A DNA stretch of 28,626 nt from Pseudomonadota bacterium (lineage in GTDB: Bacteria > Bdellovibrionota_B > Oligoflexia > Oligoflexales > CAIMVM01), in the NCBI GenBank assembly GCA_037142195.1, contig JBAXBA010000043.1, positions 1-28,626 of the forward strand, written 5' to 3'. Position numbers and translations under genes: made by a program. Positions 1 through 9,576 of the stretch are shown here, in pieces (position 1 is the first letter of the stretch; each line of letters starts with the position of its first letter). The notes below the pieces were generated by a model. That model saw only the letters and a list, made by a program, of their open reading frames with translations, was not told the DNA's origin and searched no databases.

Positions 1-55
1 ACCCCTGACCTTCGCGATGGCAACGCGACGCTCTAGCCAACTGAGCTACACCCGC
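1..55 (-). tRNA. tRNA-Gly(GCC), 3' part runs off the window edge
   Basis: The reverse complement GCGGGTGTAGCTCAGTTGGCTAGAGCGTCGCGTTGCCATCGCGAAGGTCAGGGGT is identical to the first 55 nt of the full copy at 109-185. Confidence 0.93.
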
Positions 56-108
56 TAAATACAGTAAACCGTTCTAAAGTTACCAAACTTCCTTTTTCAG
101 GGGAGATT

Positions 109-185
109 TGGAGCGGGTAAGGGGATTTGAACCCCTGACCTTCGCGATGGCAACGCGACGCTCTAGCCAACTGAGCTACACCCGC
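109..185 (-). tRNA. tRNA-Gly(GCC) with encoded CCA
   Basis: Cloverleaf: acceptor GCGGGTG/TACCCGC, D-arm GCTC/GAGC, anticodon arm TCGCG-TTGCCAT-CGCGA, T-arm AGGGG-TTCAAAT-CCCCT, 3' TCCA. Confidence 0.97.
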
Positions 186-205
186 ATTAGAACAATTTGC
201 GGTGG

Positions 206-236
206 CTTTTATCTCCTCTAACTCTTCGTTTGTCAA
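206..236 (-). promoter_or_regulatory. possible sigma70 promoter for the tRNA pair
   Basis: Perfect TTGACA at 236-231 and an A-rich -10-like GATAAAAG followed by GC-rich CCACCGC, about 20 nt before the tRNA. The -10 match and spacing are imperfect. Confidence 0.4.
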
Positions 237-327
237 CATCAATTCGACTGGGTAAGAAATGTAGGGGCCAAGGCAGGCTTATTCTTGCTAGGCTTGTTTA
301 AATATTGGGTTAAAGGGAGCTAAGGAA

Positions 328-891
328 ATGGAAGGAAATCCAGGACCAATAAAACGGGTTTTAAACTCGATTTCAAAGTTGGCAGGACCCAGACGAGCGA
401 CTGAAGATGCGCCCGCAAAGGTGCGACAATATCCCGACAATTGGGGGTTTTGGGATGAGGTCTTACTCCATCCCACACAAAATGAAGCTAAGGTCGATAT
501 GGCATTTGAAGCCTTGAGAGAGTCTTTGTTTTCCAGCCTTGACCAACAGAGAACCCGCAATGAAGGCCCGTCCCCATCCTCATCAGGGTTCGTTTGTCGA
601 GAGTTTGGACGAATCAACGGGGGGAGAAGGTATTTCTACATAAAGGGCTTCAATCAGACGGGATGGCTGTTTGAGCGCATAGGACTGGGTTGGACATTAA
701 GTCCTGCAGAAAAAATTGCAGATAGAAGTCTCTTTATTCGCCATGGGGATTCTTTTGATGTGGTGTCTGTTCTTGAGGCATCAGGTGGCTCAGAACGCTT
801 TCGTCTGCGCTCTGAACGTTGGAATATCGATCATTTGAGCCTAGAGGGCTACTCTATGAAGTGTGCAAAAGCGTTGGGGCTGAATGGTTAG
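328..891 (+). CDS. hypothetical protein (187 aa)
   Basis: Long ORF with a purine-rich GGGAG/AAGGA upstream. No family recognised. Confidence 0.7.
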   Translation: MEGNPGPIKRVLNSISKLAGPRRATEDAPAKVRQYPDNWGFWDEVLLHPTQNEAKVDMAFEALRESLFSSLDQQRTRNEGPSPSSSGFVCREFGRINGGRRYFYIKGFNQTGWLFERIGLGWTLSPAEKIADRSLFIRHGDSFDVVSVLEASGGSERFRLRSERWNIDHLSLEGYSMKCAKALGLNG

Positions 892-1011
892 CGCTACTGC
901 AGGGTGCAGAGATGGAAAGATATGGCAAGGGGAAACAAACATTTGTTTCTTTCCGATAGTTTTAGATTAAACTAGAGCATATTTGATTGGTACTACTTGG
1001 GAGGATATTCT

Positions 1012-1647
1012 GTGCAATTCAATATCGTAGAAAAGCTTTTAGGCATGACTCTCTTTGGATCGGAATGGGTACTTTGGCTTCTTTTAGCCTCAAGCGTGCT
1101 CTCTGTCGCTGTCATTTTTGAGCGATTCTTCTATTTAAAAAAATTGTCTATCGATGTAGGTGGATTTACGCGAGAGCTTTCTGACTGTCTCAATGCTCGA
1201 GATGTCGAGGGTGCCGTTCGCCTCTGTGCAAAGAGCCCTTCCCTTGAAAGTCAGGTTGCCTTAGTAGGCCTCAAAAATAGAACTCGCGGACCAGAAGCAA
1301 TGGAAGGATCTATGGATGGATTCCTCATTGGAGAGCGTCAAAAGCTGGATAAAAATTTAGTGATTCTTGGTACCCTTGGAAACAACGCCCCTTTTATAGG
1401 TCTCTTTGGAACGGTTCTCGGAATTATTAAAGCTTTTAGTGATTTGTCTTTAAATTCTGCGGGAGGTCCCTCAGTTGTGATGGCGGGAATTTCCGAAGCT
1501 CTAGTTGCCACAGCGGTTGGTCTATTGGTAGCTATACCGGCGGTAATTTTCTATAATTTTTTCAATCGCATCGTTAAAAAGCATGTCAGTAGTTCAGCGG
1601 CAATAAGTAAGTTGGTTATGACGTATAAAAGTCAATTGGGAGAATAG
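1012..1647 (+). CDS. exbB: MotA/TolQ/ExbB proton channel family protein
   Basis: Three TM segments with motifs LGTLGNNAPFIGLFGTVLGII and GISEALVATAVGLLVAIPA. GGAGG RBS precedes the GTG at 1012 (ORF track starts at 997). Confidence 0.93.
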   Translation: MQFNIVEKLLGMTLFGSEWVLWLLLASSVLSVAVIFERFFYLKKLSIDVGGFTRELSDCLNARDVEGAVRLCAKSPSLESQVALVGLKNRTRGPEAMEGSMDGFLIGERQKLDKNLVILGTLGNNAPFIGLFGTVLGIIKAFSDLSLNSAGGPSVVMAGISEALVATAVGLLVAIPAVIFYNFFNRIVKKHVSSSAAISKLVMTYKSQLGE

Positions 1648-1649
1648 AG

Positions 1650-2084
1650 ATGGCCGGCGGAATTGGGGAAGGCGATGATGATGAAATTACGGGTATAAAC
1701 GTTACCCCTTTAGTCGACGTGATGCTTGTTCTTCTCATTATCTTCATGGTCACAGCTAATTATATCCATCAGAGATCCATTGAGGTAAAGCTGCCTAAAG
1801 CAGAAACAGGAGCTGCTAATTCTGAGACCAAGAATATCTCGTTTACGTTAGATCAGAGTGGGGCCCTTTATATTGATGGCACAGCGACCAGTTGGGGCGA
1901 TGCCACTGAAAAAATAAAGGCTGCACTGGCCAAAAATGGTCCGGGCTTGCAGGCTATTATTACGGCAGATACCCGCACTTCCCATGGAGATGTTGTGAAA
2001 CTCATTGATACTGTTAGAAAAAACGGTATAAATGACTTTGCGTTAAATGTCGAGACGTCAACACCAGCACAAACAACGCCTTGA
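1650..2084 (+). CDS. exbD: ExbD/TolR biopolymer transporter protein
   Basis: INVTPLVDVMLVLLIIFMVT signature, LPKA, and a C-terminal AD...HGDVVKLID. Starts 2 nt after exbB with a GGAG RBS. Confidence 0.94.
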   Translation: MAGGIGEGDDDEITGINVTPLVDVMLVLLIIFMVTANYIHQRSIEVKLPKAETGAANSETKNISFTLDQSGALYIDGTATSWGDATEKIKAALAKNGPGLQAIITADTRTSHGDVVKLIDTVRKNGINDFALNVETSTPAQTTP

Positions 2085-2094
2085 GAAGGGGTAA

Positions 2095-3531
2095 TTGGTG
2101 TCAAAGAATTCTAAATTATCTCCTTTGACTCGAGATGCGGTAAGACAGTTCCTTTCGCAAAATACATTTCGACTCACACCTAAGTCTGAATCCGCGTCCT
2201 CTCTATCGAATGCTGGCCTTGTCGGCATCGAGATTGAGATGCTCCCTTTGCGGGGTAAAGATTATTCAGGCATTCCGCAGCTTCAAGGGCAAAAAGAATC
2301 CATTTTGAGTTGGATTCTTCCTCTAGCAGATGAGCTAAATTGGAAACAAAAAACAGAGCCTAAAGAAAATAGTCCTGGCCAGTTTGTGGTGACATTGTTG
2401 GAGTTGCCGGAGGGAGACAATGTTTCCTTTGAGCCAGGTGGCCAAGTTGAGATTTCTTCGAAACCATATGCCAGCCAAGTGGAAATGGTAAGTCGTGTTA
2501 AACAACTTCGAACCCAGATAGCCACCACTTTAGGGTTTCATGGCGTTAATCTTGTAGGGATAGGCTACAATCCCATGGCAACTACGGATCAAGTGGGCCT
2601 GCAAATGGCCAAAAAACGCTACCGGGCAATGGACGCTTATTTTGAAACTATAGGTCCGTTTGGCCGGCAAATGATGCGCCAGACTTGTACGGTCCAAGTC
2701 TGTCTAGACTTTGGTAGTCACGAAGAAACCATGGCAAAGCGCTTTTGGCTTGGCCAAATGTTAGCTCCCATGGCAGCAGCTATATTTGCAAATTCTCCGA
2801 TAGTAAATCGAAAGTCAGCAGGCATTGTGGGTCATCGCTCGAAGATTTGGCGGAATATTGACCCCTGTCGCACGGGGCTTCTTTTTCCAAAGACAAAGCT
2901 GACGGATTCGCTCACCGCTCAAGCATGTGTGGAAACCTATGAACGTTTCCTTTTGGACAGCAAAGTAATATTTATTCAGGCACTTGATTATGAAGTTCCC
3001 AAGAATCTTACCTTTGGCACATGGCTGACTGAGGGCTACAAGGGAATTTTTCCCAAGGAATCCGATCTGGAGCTAGCTTTATCGCTGCTTTTTTCGGAAG
3101 TGAGACCTAGGGGTTTTTTTGAATTTCGCTCCGTGGATAATCAGCACCCTCTCTGGCAGTTTGTTCCCACTGTGTTTTGGTCGACACTTATGTATAGCGA
3201 GGGAGCATTGAATCAAGCTTTTGAGCTCTTGATGCCATTGCAACCTCGTCTTCCCGAATTGTTAAAACGCTCTGAACAGGGCTTGAAAGATTCGGAATTG
3301 AGTTCGTTGTCTCAGCAACTGATGGCAATCGTAGAGCAACATCTCGAGACTTTGCCTTCTGCCTTTAGAGACAAAACTATAGAGCACGATTTCCGTAGAT
3401 TCTATGATAGATATACCCTCAAGGGGAGAACGCCAGGGGATGAGTTAATTGAGCTGTTAGAGCAATCTCATGGTGATTTAGGAAGTGGTTTTTGGTCTCG
3501 ATTAAATGAAAAATTAGCACAGGGCATGTAG
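2095..3531 (+). CDS. glutamate--cysteine ligase, GCS2 family (GshA plant/alphaproteobacterial type or EgtA-like)
   Basis: Motifs GIEIE, EPGGQVEIS, KKRYRAMDAYF, GRQMMRQTCTVQVCLDF, AIFANSP, R..IW...DP.RTG and LFSEVRPRGFFEFRSVD. Start is TTG 2095 or GTG 2098. Confidence 0.88.
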   Translation: MVSKNSKLSPLTRDAVRQFLSQNTFRLTPKSESASSLSNAGLVGIEIEMLPLRGKDYSGIPQLQGQKESILSWILPLADELNWKQKTEPKENSPGQFVVTLLELPEGDNVSFEPGGQVEISSKPYASQVEMVSRVKQLRTQIATTLGFHGVNLVGIGYNPMATTDQVGLQMAKKRYRAMDAYFETIGPFGRQMMRQTCTVQVCLDFGSHEETMAKRFWLGQMLAPMAAAIFANSPIVNRKSAGIVGHRSKIWRNIDPCRTGLLFPKTKLTDSLTAQACVETYERFLLDSKVIFIQALDYEVPKNLTFGTWLTEGYKGIFPKESDLELALSLLFSEVRPRGFFEFRSVDNQHPLWQFVPTVFWSTLMYSEGALNQAFELLMPLQPRLPELLKRSEQGLKDSELSSLSQQLMAIVEQHLETLPSAFRDKTIEHDFRRFYDRYTLKGRTPGDELIELLEQSHGDLGSGFWSRLNEKLAQGM

Positions 3532-3570
3532 CTCTGGCATAAGCCTATGACTTTGATAAGGTGATTTTAT

Positions 3571-6500
3571 ATGTCAGATTCAGATAAAGTAAACAAAAGT
3601 GAATTCGATGTCGTGGATCCACAAAACTATGCCATGGAAAAGAGTCCAGAAGATCTTGAAGTCTATATACAAGATGTTGCTGACACGGTTCGAATTGGAT
3701 TGGATCAGTCTATCGCTATATTGACTCCATGGTTTTTTAAGAATATGCCTCAGGCGTACTATCAAACGACGCCTCGCGCTGAAAAGGTCAGGCATTTATC
3801 CGCAGTAATCACCGGTCATGTGTTTGAAACGAAACAAACCGTGGAGCTGTGGGATAGAGATCGTCTTAAAGTTACTTATATTGGTCCAGGAAGTGACAAG
3901 AAAATATTGACTGATATGATTGAAAAATTGGCGACGGTACCCGTCAAAATGGGTGCTCTCTATTTTTCCCACGACAAGCTGTTGTTTCTTTCTACCTTTC
4001 ATTGCAAAGGCTACAAGCCGGTCGACTTATCGAACCGTTTTAACAAAGGAAAGTTAGATAAGGCGAGAACGCTTATGCGAGGGGAGTTTCCAGGTCAAGA
4101 AGAAGCTATTGATCATTATCTCAATTATGTCGACAACGATCTGGTAGTTTACGGGACCGTGGAACGACTTTTTGTTATTTTTAAGATGGTTCGTTATATG
4201 GTCTCCCACGAAGGAGCTTATACCCAGTTGGAGCCCTTTGAGAATTCAACCAAAGGCAAACTGTCAATTGGTATCAAGGGAGTTGAGATTCCTGAGGTTG
4301 CCGAACAGGTGTTCCACCTAGTCAATCGATATGGATTTAAAATCCACCGTGCATTCTTAGCTAGGTTTGATGAAGGGTATTCCGATCCGATCGTAGTTAT
4401 GGTTTTCGAAATCGAGGGAAATAAGGGAGAAAAAGTTGACAAGCTTAATCTTTCCATGGTTAGGCTAACGAAAGCACTTAGGACATTAGGTTGGGTCGAC
4501 TCAGATGAATACTCTCAACTCGCACTTGCTCCTTTAAATCTCTCCATTAATGCAGCAAATTTTGTTCGGAGCATTGCGGCGTGGGTTCATATTCAGTTGG
4601 GCAAAGAAAATCCTTACTATTTTTCTGAGTACAAAGTTCATCAGACATTTTCTACTTATCGCGACATGGTTCCCGTTTTAGTTGAATTGTTTCGCATGCG
4701 ATTTGACCCCATGCAAGAAGAGCAACGAAAGAACGGAAGTTACAATATTGAGAGAGCGATGCTGGCGTCTAAGATCGACGACATTACAGACGCAGTAGAA
4801 CGAAACATTATGAACTCTGCCTTAGTGTTTATCGACAATATTTTGAAATCAAATTATTTCTTACAAACCAAAACCGGTTTGGCGTTTAAATTGAATCCAA
4901 GTATTTTAAACCCAAGGTATTATGCAAATCGTCCTTTCGGTATATTTTTTATAGTGGGACGAGACTATAGAATGTTCCATGTGCGGTGGAAAGATATCGC
5001 AAGAGGTGGTCTAAGGGTAGTTATGCCACGCAGCAAAGCTGACTATGGCTATGCCCTTGCTGGTTCCTTTGATGAAGTCTACGGCCTATCGTTCGCGCAG
5101 CAGCTTAAGAATAAAGATATACCTGAAGGGGGCTCTAAGGCTGTTTTAATCCTCAAGCCCACAGGGAATAGGGATAGGGCAGTAAAAGGCGCTATCAATG
5201 CTGTACTCGACTTGTTAGTCGAAGGGGATGAAGCAGGAGAGGGTCAATCTCAAGCCCCAATTACCTACTACGACAAAGAAGAAATCATCTATTTAGGGCC
5301 CGATGAAAATGTTACCAATGAGCTCATTTCTTGGATTCCAGATCAAGCTGAGCGCCGAGGCTACAAGTATGCTCGAGCCTTTATGTCGTCTAAACCTGGA
5401 GATGGCATCAATCATAAAGAGTATGGAGTAACGTCAGAAGGTCTTAATGTTTTTGTGGAATATACCCTGAACTTTTTAGGAATCGACCCACGTTCGCAGA
5501 AATTTACCATCAAAATGACGGGCGGTCCCGACGGCGATGTTGCAGGCAACGAGCTTAAAATTCTACATAGAGAATATGGTGAAAACTGCCGAATTGTCGG
5601 CATTGCTGACGGTTTTGGGGCTGCGGCAGACCCTAATGGGCTTGATTGGACGGAGTTGCTTAGACTTGTTAAAGAAGAGAAATCTATTTCTCAATTTAAT
5701 CCTTCCAAACTTTCTACTCATCCGGAATCATTTATTCTACTTGCAGACAGCCTTGAAAATATTAAAAGGCGCAATGAGCTTCATTTTAAAATTAAGTCAG
5801 ACATATTTATACCTGCAGGGGGGCGCCCTTATACCGTAAATGAAAATAACTCTAAGCTTTTCCAACTTGAAGACGGCACTCTCTCTTGCCGCGCTATAGT
5901 GGAAGGGGCAAATATTTTCTTTACTACGGAAGCTCGCAATAAGCTGCAAGAGATGGGTATGATTATCATTAAAGATTCATCAGCAAATAAAACTGGTGTC
6001 ATTTGCTCGTCTTTTGAAATTATAGCGTCATTGATTTTGAGTTCTGAAGAGTTTCTTGAAATTAAACCACTTTATGTTGCCCAAGTATTGAAAGTTCTCA
6101 GACAAAAAGCGGCCGATGAGGCTAGCCTTCTTTTCTCTGAATATATGAAGAACGGAGAGAAAGTCTCCTTGGTGGATTTGTCGATGCGTATTTCACGAGA
6201 AATCAATACCGTTACAGATTTAATCTTGGATGAGTTTACGAAACATCCCGCTCAAATCATCGGCGAGCAAGTGTTCGTGGATCTATTGTATAAGCACGTA
6301 CCACCAGTCATTCTAGAAAAATATCGAGATCGCGTAACAAACGACCTTCCAGAGGCGCACCGTATCGCGATACTTTCTGCCTATATTGCTAGTCTTATAG
6401 TTTATACAGAAGGGCTTGATTGGCTTGACAGTATACCAGAAGAAGACAGGTACCTAGCGTGTGTCACCTACATCCGCAAGCAACAAGAGACGCAGGGCCT

Positions 6501-6621
6501 CATAGATGCCATATTGCACTCTAATGTCGCAGCTAAGGAGCAAGTAGCTGGAATTTTGAAGAGCGCAGCAGCTAGGGAACTTACAAAAATTGCACTCACA
6601 AAGTCCCATGCTGTGAAGTGA
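3571..6621 (+). CDS. large NAD-specific glutamate dehydrogenase (about 115 kDa class)
   Basis: Motifs DIARGGLR, QQLKNKDIPEGGSK, LGPDE, HKEYGVTS, GGPDGDVAGN, PAGGRP, EGAN and KDSSANKTGVICSSFE. Confidence 0.92.
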   Translation: MSDSDKVNKSEFDVVDPQNYAMEKSPEDLEVYIQDVADTVRIGLDQSIAILTPWFFKNMPQAYYQTTPRAEKVRHLSAVITGHVFETKQTVELWDRDRLKVTYIGPGSDKKILTDMIEKLATVPVKMGALYFSHDKLLFLSTFHCKGYKPVDLSNRFNKGKLDKARTLMRGEFPGQEEAIDHYLNYVDNDLVVYGTVERLFVIFKMVRYMVSHEGAYTQLEPFENSTKGKLSIGIKGVEIPEVAEQVFHLVNRYGFKIHRAFLARFDEGYSDPIVVMVFEIEGNKGEKVDKLNLSMVRLTKALRTLGWVDSDEYSQLALAPLNLSINAANFVRSIAAWVHIQLGKENPYYFSEYKVHQTFSTYRDMVPVLVELFRMRFDPMQEEQRKNGSYNIERAMLASKIDDITDAVERNIMNSALVFIDNILKSNYFLQTKTGLAFKLNPSILNPRYYANRPFGIFFIVGRDYRMFHVRWKDIARGGLRVVMPRSKADYGYALAGSFDEVYGLSFAQQLKNKDIPEGGSKAVLILKPTGNRDRAVKGAINAVLDLLVEGDEAGEGQSQAPITYYDKEEIIYLGPDENVTNELISWIPDQAERRGYKYARAFMSSKPGDGINHKEYGVTSEGLNVFVEYTLNFLGIDPRSQKFTIKMTGGPDGDVAGNELKILHREYGENCRIVGIADGFGAAADPNGLDWTELLRLVKEEKSISQFNPSKLSTHPESFILLADSLENIKRRNELHFKIKSDIFIPAGGRPYTVNENNSKLFQLEDGTLSCRAIVEGANIFFTTEARNKLQEMGMIIIKDSSANKTGVICSSFEIIASLILSSEEFLEIKPLYVAQVLKVLRQKAADEASLLFSEYMKNGEKVSLVDLSMRISREINTVTDLILDEFTKHPAQIIGEQVFVDLLYKHVPPVILEKYRDRVTNDLPEAHRIAILSAYIASLIVYTEGLDWLDSIPEEDRYLACVTYIRKQQETQGLIDAILHSNVAAKEQVAGILKSAAARELTKIALTKSHAVK

Positions 6622-6641
6622 GTTTATAGATATAGTAACGG

Positions 6642-6686
6642 AGGTTTGTCTTTGATTTGTAACAACAGAGTAAAGACAAACCTTTT
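6642..6686. terminator. intrinsic terminator hairpin between convergent genes
   Basis: 12-bp inverted repeat AGGTTTGTCTTT (6642-6653) / AAAGACAAACCT (6672-6683), followed by Ts. Confidence 0.7.
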
Positions 6687-7281
6687 ATTCAGGAACTTCG
6701 CTAATATTGACGTACTTTTGGCATGCTTCCGGCATCTCTTGATTTTTAAAAATCACTTTAAACTGTTGCTTGCCTGCGGAGTTTAAGGCGCAGCCTTCAT
6801 GGAACCGTCGACAAGGCGTCGCATAGTCAATTTTAAACGGATAGCCCTTTGGGTCCTTGCCGGAGATTTTGACGATCTCAAATACGGGGGGTAAGTTGGC
6901 TTGCAGATTCTTGAGGGCAAGGCTTTTAGCCTCTAACTCACTAGAGATCTTGCTTATCGATTTTTGGTTTTCGTCAATAATATAGGCAAAAGCAGCTAGT
7001 TTGGATTCGAGTACCTCTACTTGGTCTCTAAGGGGTATATCAGTCGGTTTGCTTTTTAGGGATTCTTTCGTTTTGGTAAGAATTCCTTCGTGGGCCTTCT
7101 TTTCCTTTTCCAAGGTCTGGTTTCTTTTTTTAAGCATCTGAAGTCTTGGCCCAGAGCTCGCCACTTCATCATATAAAGTGAGATAGATGCCGGCTACCCT
7201 TTCTCTGCAGAGCTCCCTTAGGTTGTAAGGCGCTCCCAATGTGGTTCCTGATAGGAGAATCAGTAGAAAGGCGTACTGCAT
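6685..7281 (-). CDS. secreted coiled-coil hypothetical protein
   Basis: Signal-peptide-like MQYAFLLILLSGTTLG, long heptad-like K/E/L-rich helices and four Cys. ATG at 7281 (GTG at 7287 is an alternative). Confidence 0.75.
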   Translation of the reverse strand: MQYAFLLILLSGTTLGAPYNLRELCRERVAGIYLTLYDEVASSGPRLQMLKKRNQTLEKEKKAHEGILTKTKESLKSKPTDIPLRDQVEVLESKLAAFAYIIDENQKSISKISSELEAKSLALKNLQANLPPVFEIVKISGKDPKGYPFKIDYATPCRRFHEGCALNSAGKQQFKVIFKNQEMPEACQKYVNISEVPE

Positions 7282-7373
7282 AATCACTTTCCCATGGCGG
7301 AGTCTTGTTATTTTTATGGAAACAGCCTAAATTTATTGTATGCGTAGATTTTTTAAAGAGTAAGGCAGGAATC

Positions 7374-9203
7374 ATGCAAAAGCAAAACTTTTTTACTGGC
7401 AATGAAGATATTCTCTTTCACCTTAAGCATAGGGTCGATTGGGACTTGTTATACAATACCTTAGATCCTAAGTATCGAGAGGCTGTCGGCGCTGTATCTG
7501 CAGAAGAATACAGAAATTCCTGGTTTGAAGTTATGTCGACTTTAGGCGAGATTTGCGGGACTACAATTGCCGACAATGCGAAGGTTGTGGAAGAACAAGA
7601 CATCACACTTCAAAATGGCGTAGTCAAACTGCCGGCTGCCATAGTTGAAAACATGGAGACCCTTAAAGCGGTGGGTTTCTCGGCTATTTCCATCAATCCT
7701 TCATTTGGCGGCCTAGGAGCTCCCTTCGTATTTGAATCCATTGGAATGGAGATGATCAATAGAGCATGTCCTTCTACAGCCTTAAATGCCTGCTGGTTTG
7801 GTTCGATTGCTCACATTATTGAGCGATTTGGCACCCATGATATGGCCGAAAACTATGTTACAAAAATCGCTTCAGATGCATGGTCGGGCAGTATGGCCTT
7901 GACGGAGCCAGATGCTGGGTCAGATCTTGGCGCCATGAAAACCTATGCTGAAAAGCAACCGGATGGCTCGTGGAAGATTTATGGTACTAAACGATTTATT
8001 TCTAACGGTACAGGCGAAGTCAGTCTCGTACTAGCTCGCAAATCAAAAGAAGATAAGGGCCTAGATTCCATTTGCATATTTCTAGCTCCAAGAACATTAG
8101 AAGGAAAAGATAACTTTGTAATATCAAAGATCGAAGAAAAAGTAGGATTACATGGTTCAGCTACCTGCGAGCTTAATTTTGATGGTTCGAAGGGCTGGTT
8201 AATTGGGGAGGAAGGCCAAGGCTTTCCTATTATGTTATTTTTAATGAACGATGCGCGTATCGCAGTGGGCTTCCAGGGCATTGGTTTAATGCAGGCCACT
8301 TTTGAAATGGCATCTAAGTACGCCTCAGAACGCAAGACATGGGGTAAGCCCATTGCTCAACATGAGTTGATTGCTGAGAAGTTGTTCGATATGGAATGTG
8401 AGTTACGTGGGGCACGTTCCATGGGAGTGCAGGCGGCATTTAATCAGGCCATGATGTATGCATGTGAAGGAGCTTTGAAGCGTTCTGGTATTTCAGATGA
8501 AGAAAAAGCAGATTTAGAGAAAAGACTTGCTAAGCACAAGCAGCGCGTGCGCAGATGGACCCCTCTTATTAAGTACTACACCGGTGAAAAGTCTTTTGAA
8601 CACGCAAGAAACTGTGTTCAGATTCTTGGCGGATATGGATTCACTAAAGAGTATCGCGCAGAATGGTGGGTGCGAGAGTCACTGATCTATTCTCTATACG
8701 AAGGAACGAGTCAAATCCAGGCTCTAATGTGCGTGAAAGATACCTTTAAGGTGGCAGTTCGTCGTCCTACGGAGCTTATAGAGCATGCATTAGGGGCAAA
8801 ACTTAGGTCGTTTACGGGAGATTCTCTTAAAAAAGAGCTCTATTCCTTAAAGTCGATTGTAAGTTCCTCAGTGCTGGGGCTATTACTCAAGATTACCACT
8901 TCAAATGTCATTCCTTCAGACGCCTCGATAAAAGATATCGTGAAAGGATTGGCATCGGCAGGTAAGTCATTAACAAAAATTGAAGACATGCATTTGGCGA
9001 TGCTTCACGCGGAACGTATTTGCGAGCTTAAGTGTCTAGAAGCAATAGCTGAAGCTCTTATTTGGGATGCTGAGGTCGATTCCACACGCAGAAAGTATGC
9101 GGAAAGATTTCTTTATCGCGCACTTCCAAAGGCAGCGATGCTAAAACAAGAAATCATGACTCACTGTCAAGTGATGGAAGATAGATTGGCCGGTAAGCTC
9201 TAA
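7374..9203 (+). CDS. acyl-CoA dehydrogenase (long form with C-terminal extension)
   Basis: Motifs GSMALTEPDAGSDLG, GTKRFISNG, EEKVGLHGSATC, MNDARIAVG, QILGGYG and LYEGTSQIQA. AGGA lies just before the ATG at 7374. Confidence 0.94.
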   Translation: MQKQNFFTGNEDILFHLKHRVDWDLLYNTLDPKYREAVGAVSAEEYRNSWFEVMSTLGEICGTTIADNAKVVEEQDITLQNGVVKLPAAIVENMETLKAVGFSAISINPSFGGLGAPFVFESIGMEMINRACPSTALNACWFGSIAHIIERFGTHDMAENYVTKIASDAWSGSMALTEPDAGSDLGAMKTYAEKQPDGSWKIYGTKRFISNGTGEVSLVLARKSKEDKGLDSICIFLAPRTLEGKDNFVISKIEEKVGLHGSATCELNFDGSKGWLIGEEGQGFPIMLFLMNDARIAVGFQGIGLMQATFEMASKYASERKTWGKPIAQHELIAEKLFDMECELRGARSMGVQAAFNQAMMYACEGALKRSGISDEEKADLEKRLAKHKQRVRRWTPLIKYYTGEKSFEHARNCVQILGGYGFTKEYRAEWWVRESLIYSLYEGTSQIQALMCVKDTFKVAVRRPTELIEHALGAKLRSFTGDSLKKELYSLKSIVSSSVLGLLLKITTSNVIPSDASIKDIVKGLASAGKSLTKIEDMHLAMLHAERICELKCLEAIAEALIWDAEVDSTRRKYAERFLYRALPKAAMLKQEIMTHCQVMEDRLAGKL

Positions 9204-9576
9204 ACGTAGGCCCTAATGTATGCTAACTCCGTAAAATGCGGAGCATACATGGGGCATGTCTTCCTATAAATGGTCGGCAGTTGCCTTTTTTTAGATGCTG
9301 TATTCTGCTTTTACAAGAAATCCCTAAAATTAAAATTTTCAATAGGAAGTCTTCTAGGAATTTTCTAGTCTCTGGATTCCTAATTTTTTCGTATATCATA
9401 TGCTGATCTCTTTTCGCGAAGGGGTGTTTTGGGATTGTTGCCGTTGACTGCAATGACATGATGTCGAAGGCTAAAGTTGCTTTTTTAAGGGTCCATCCGG
9501 CAGGCAGTTTTTTAAGTGAGCGTTGCTTTCCATTTATAATTCGGTTTTAAAATAGGATTTTCAGAAGGTTTACGAT

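Noticed and set aside
1..185. Direct repeat with a spacer, resembling a CRISPR array
   Set aside because: The repeat folds as a complete tRNA-Gly, and no cas genes are present.
33..242. 69-aa minus-strand ORF
   Set aside because: It is a translation across the tRNA-Gly genes.
9223..9459. 78-aa minus-strand ORF in the gap after the acyl-CoA dehydrogenase
   Set aside because: No clear RBS or recognisable motif. It cannot be supported, although a small gene is not excluded.
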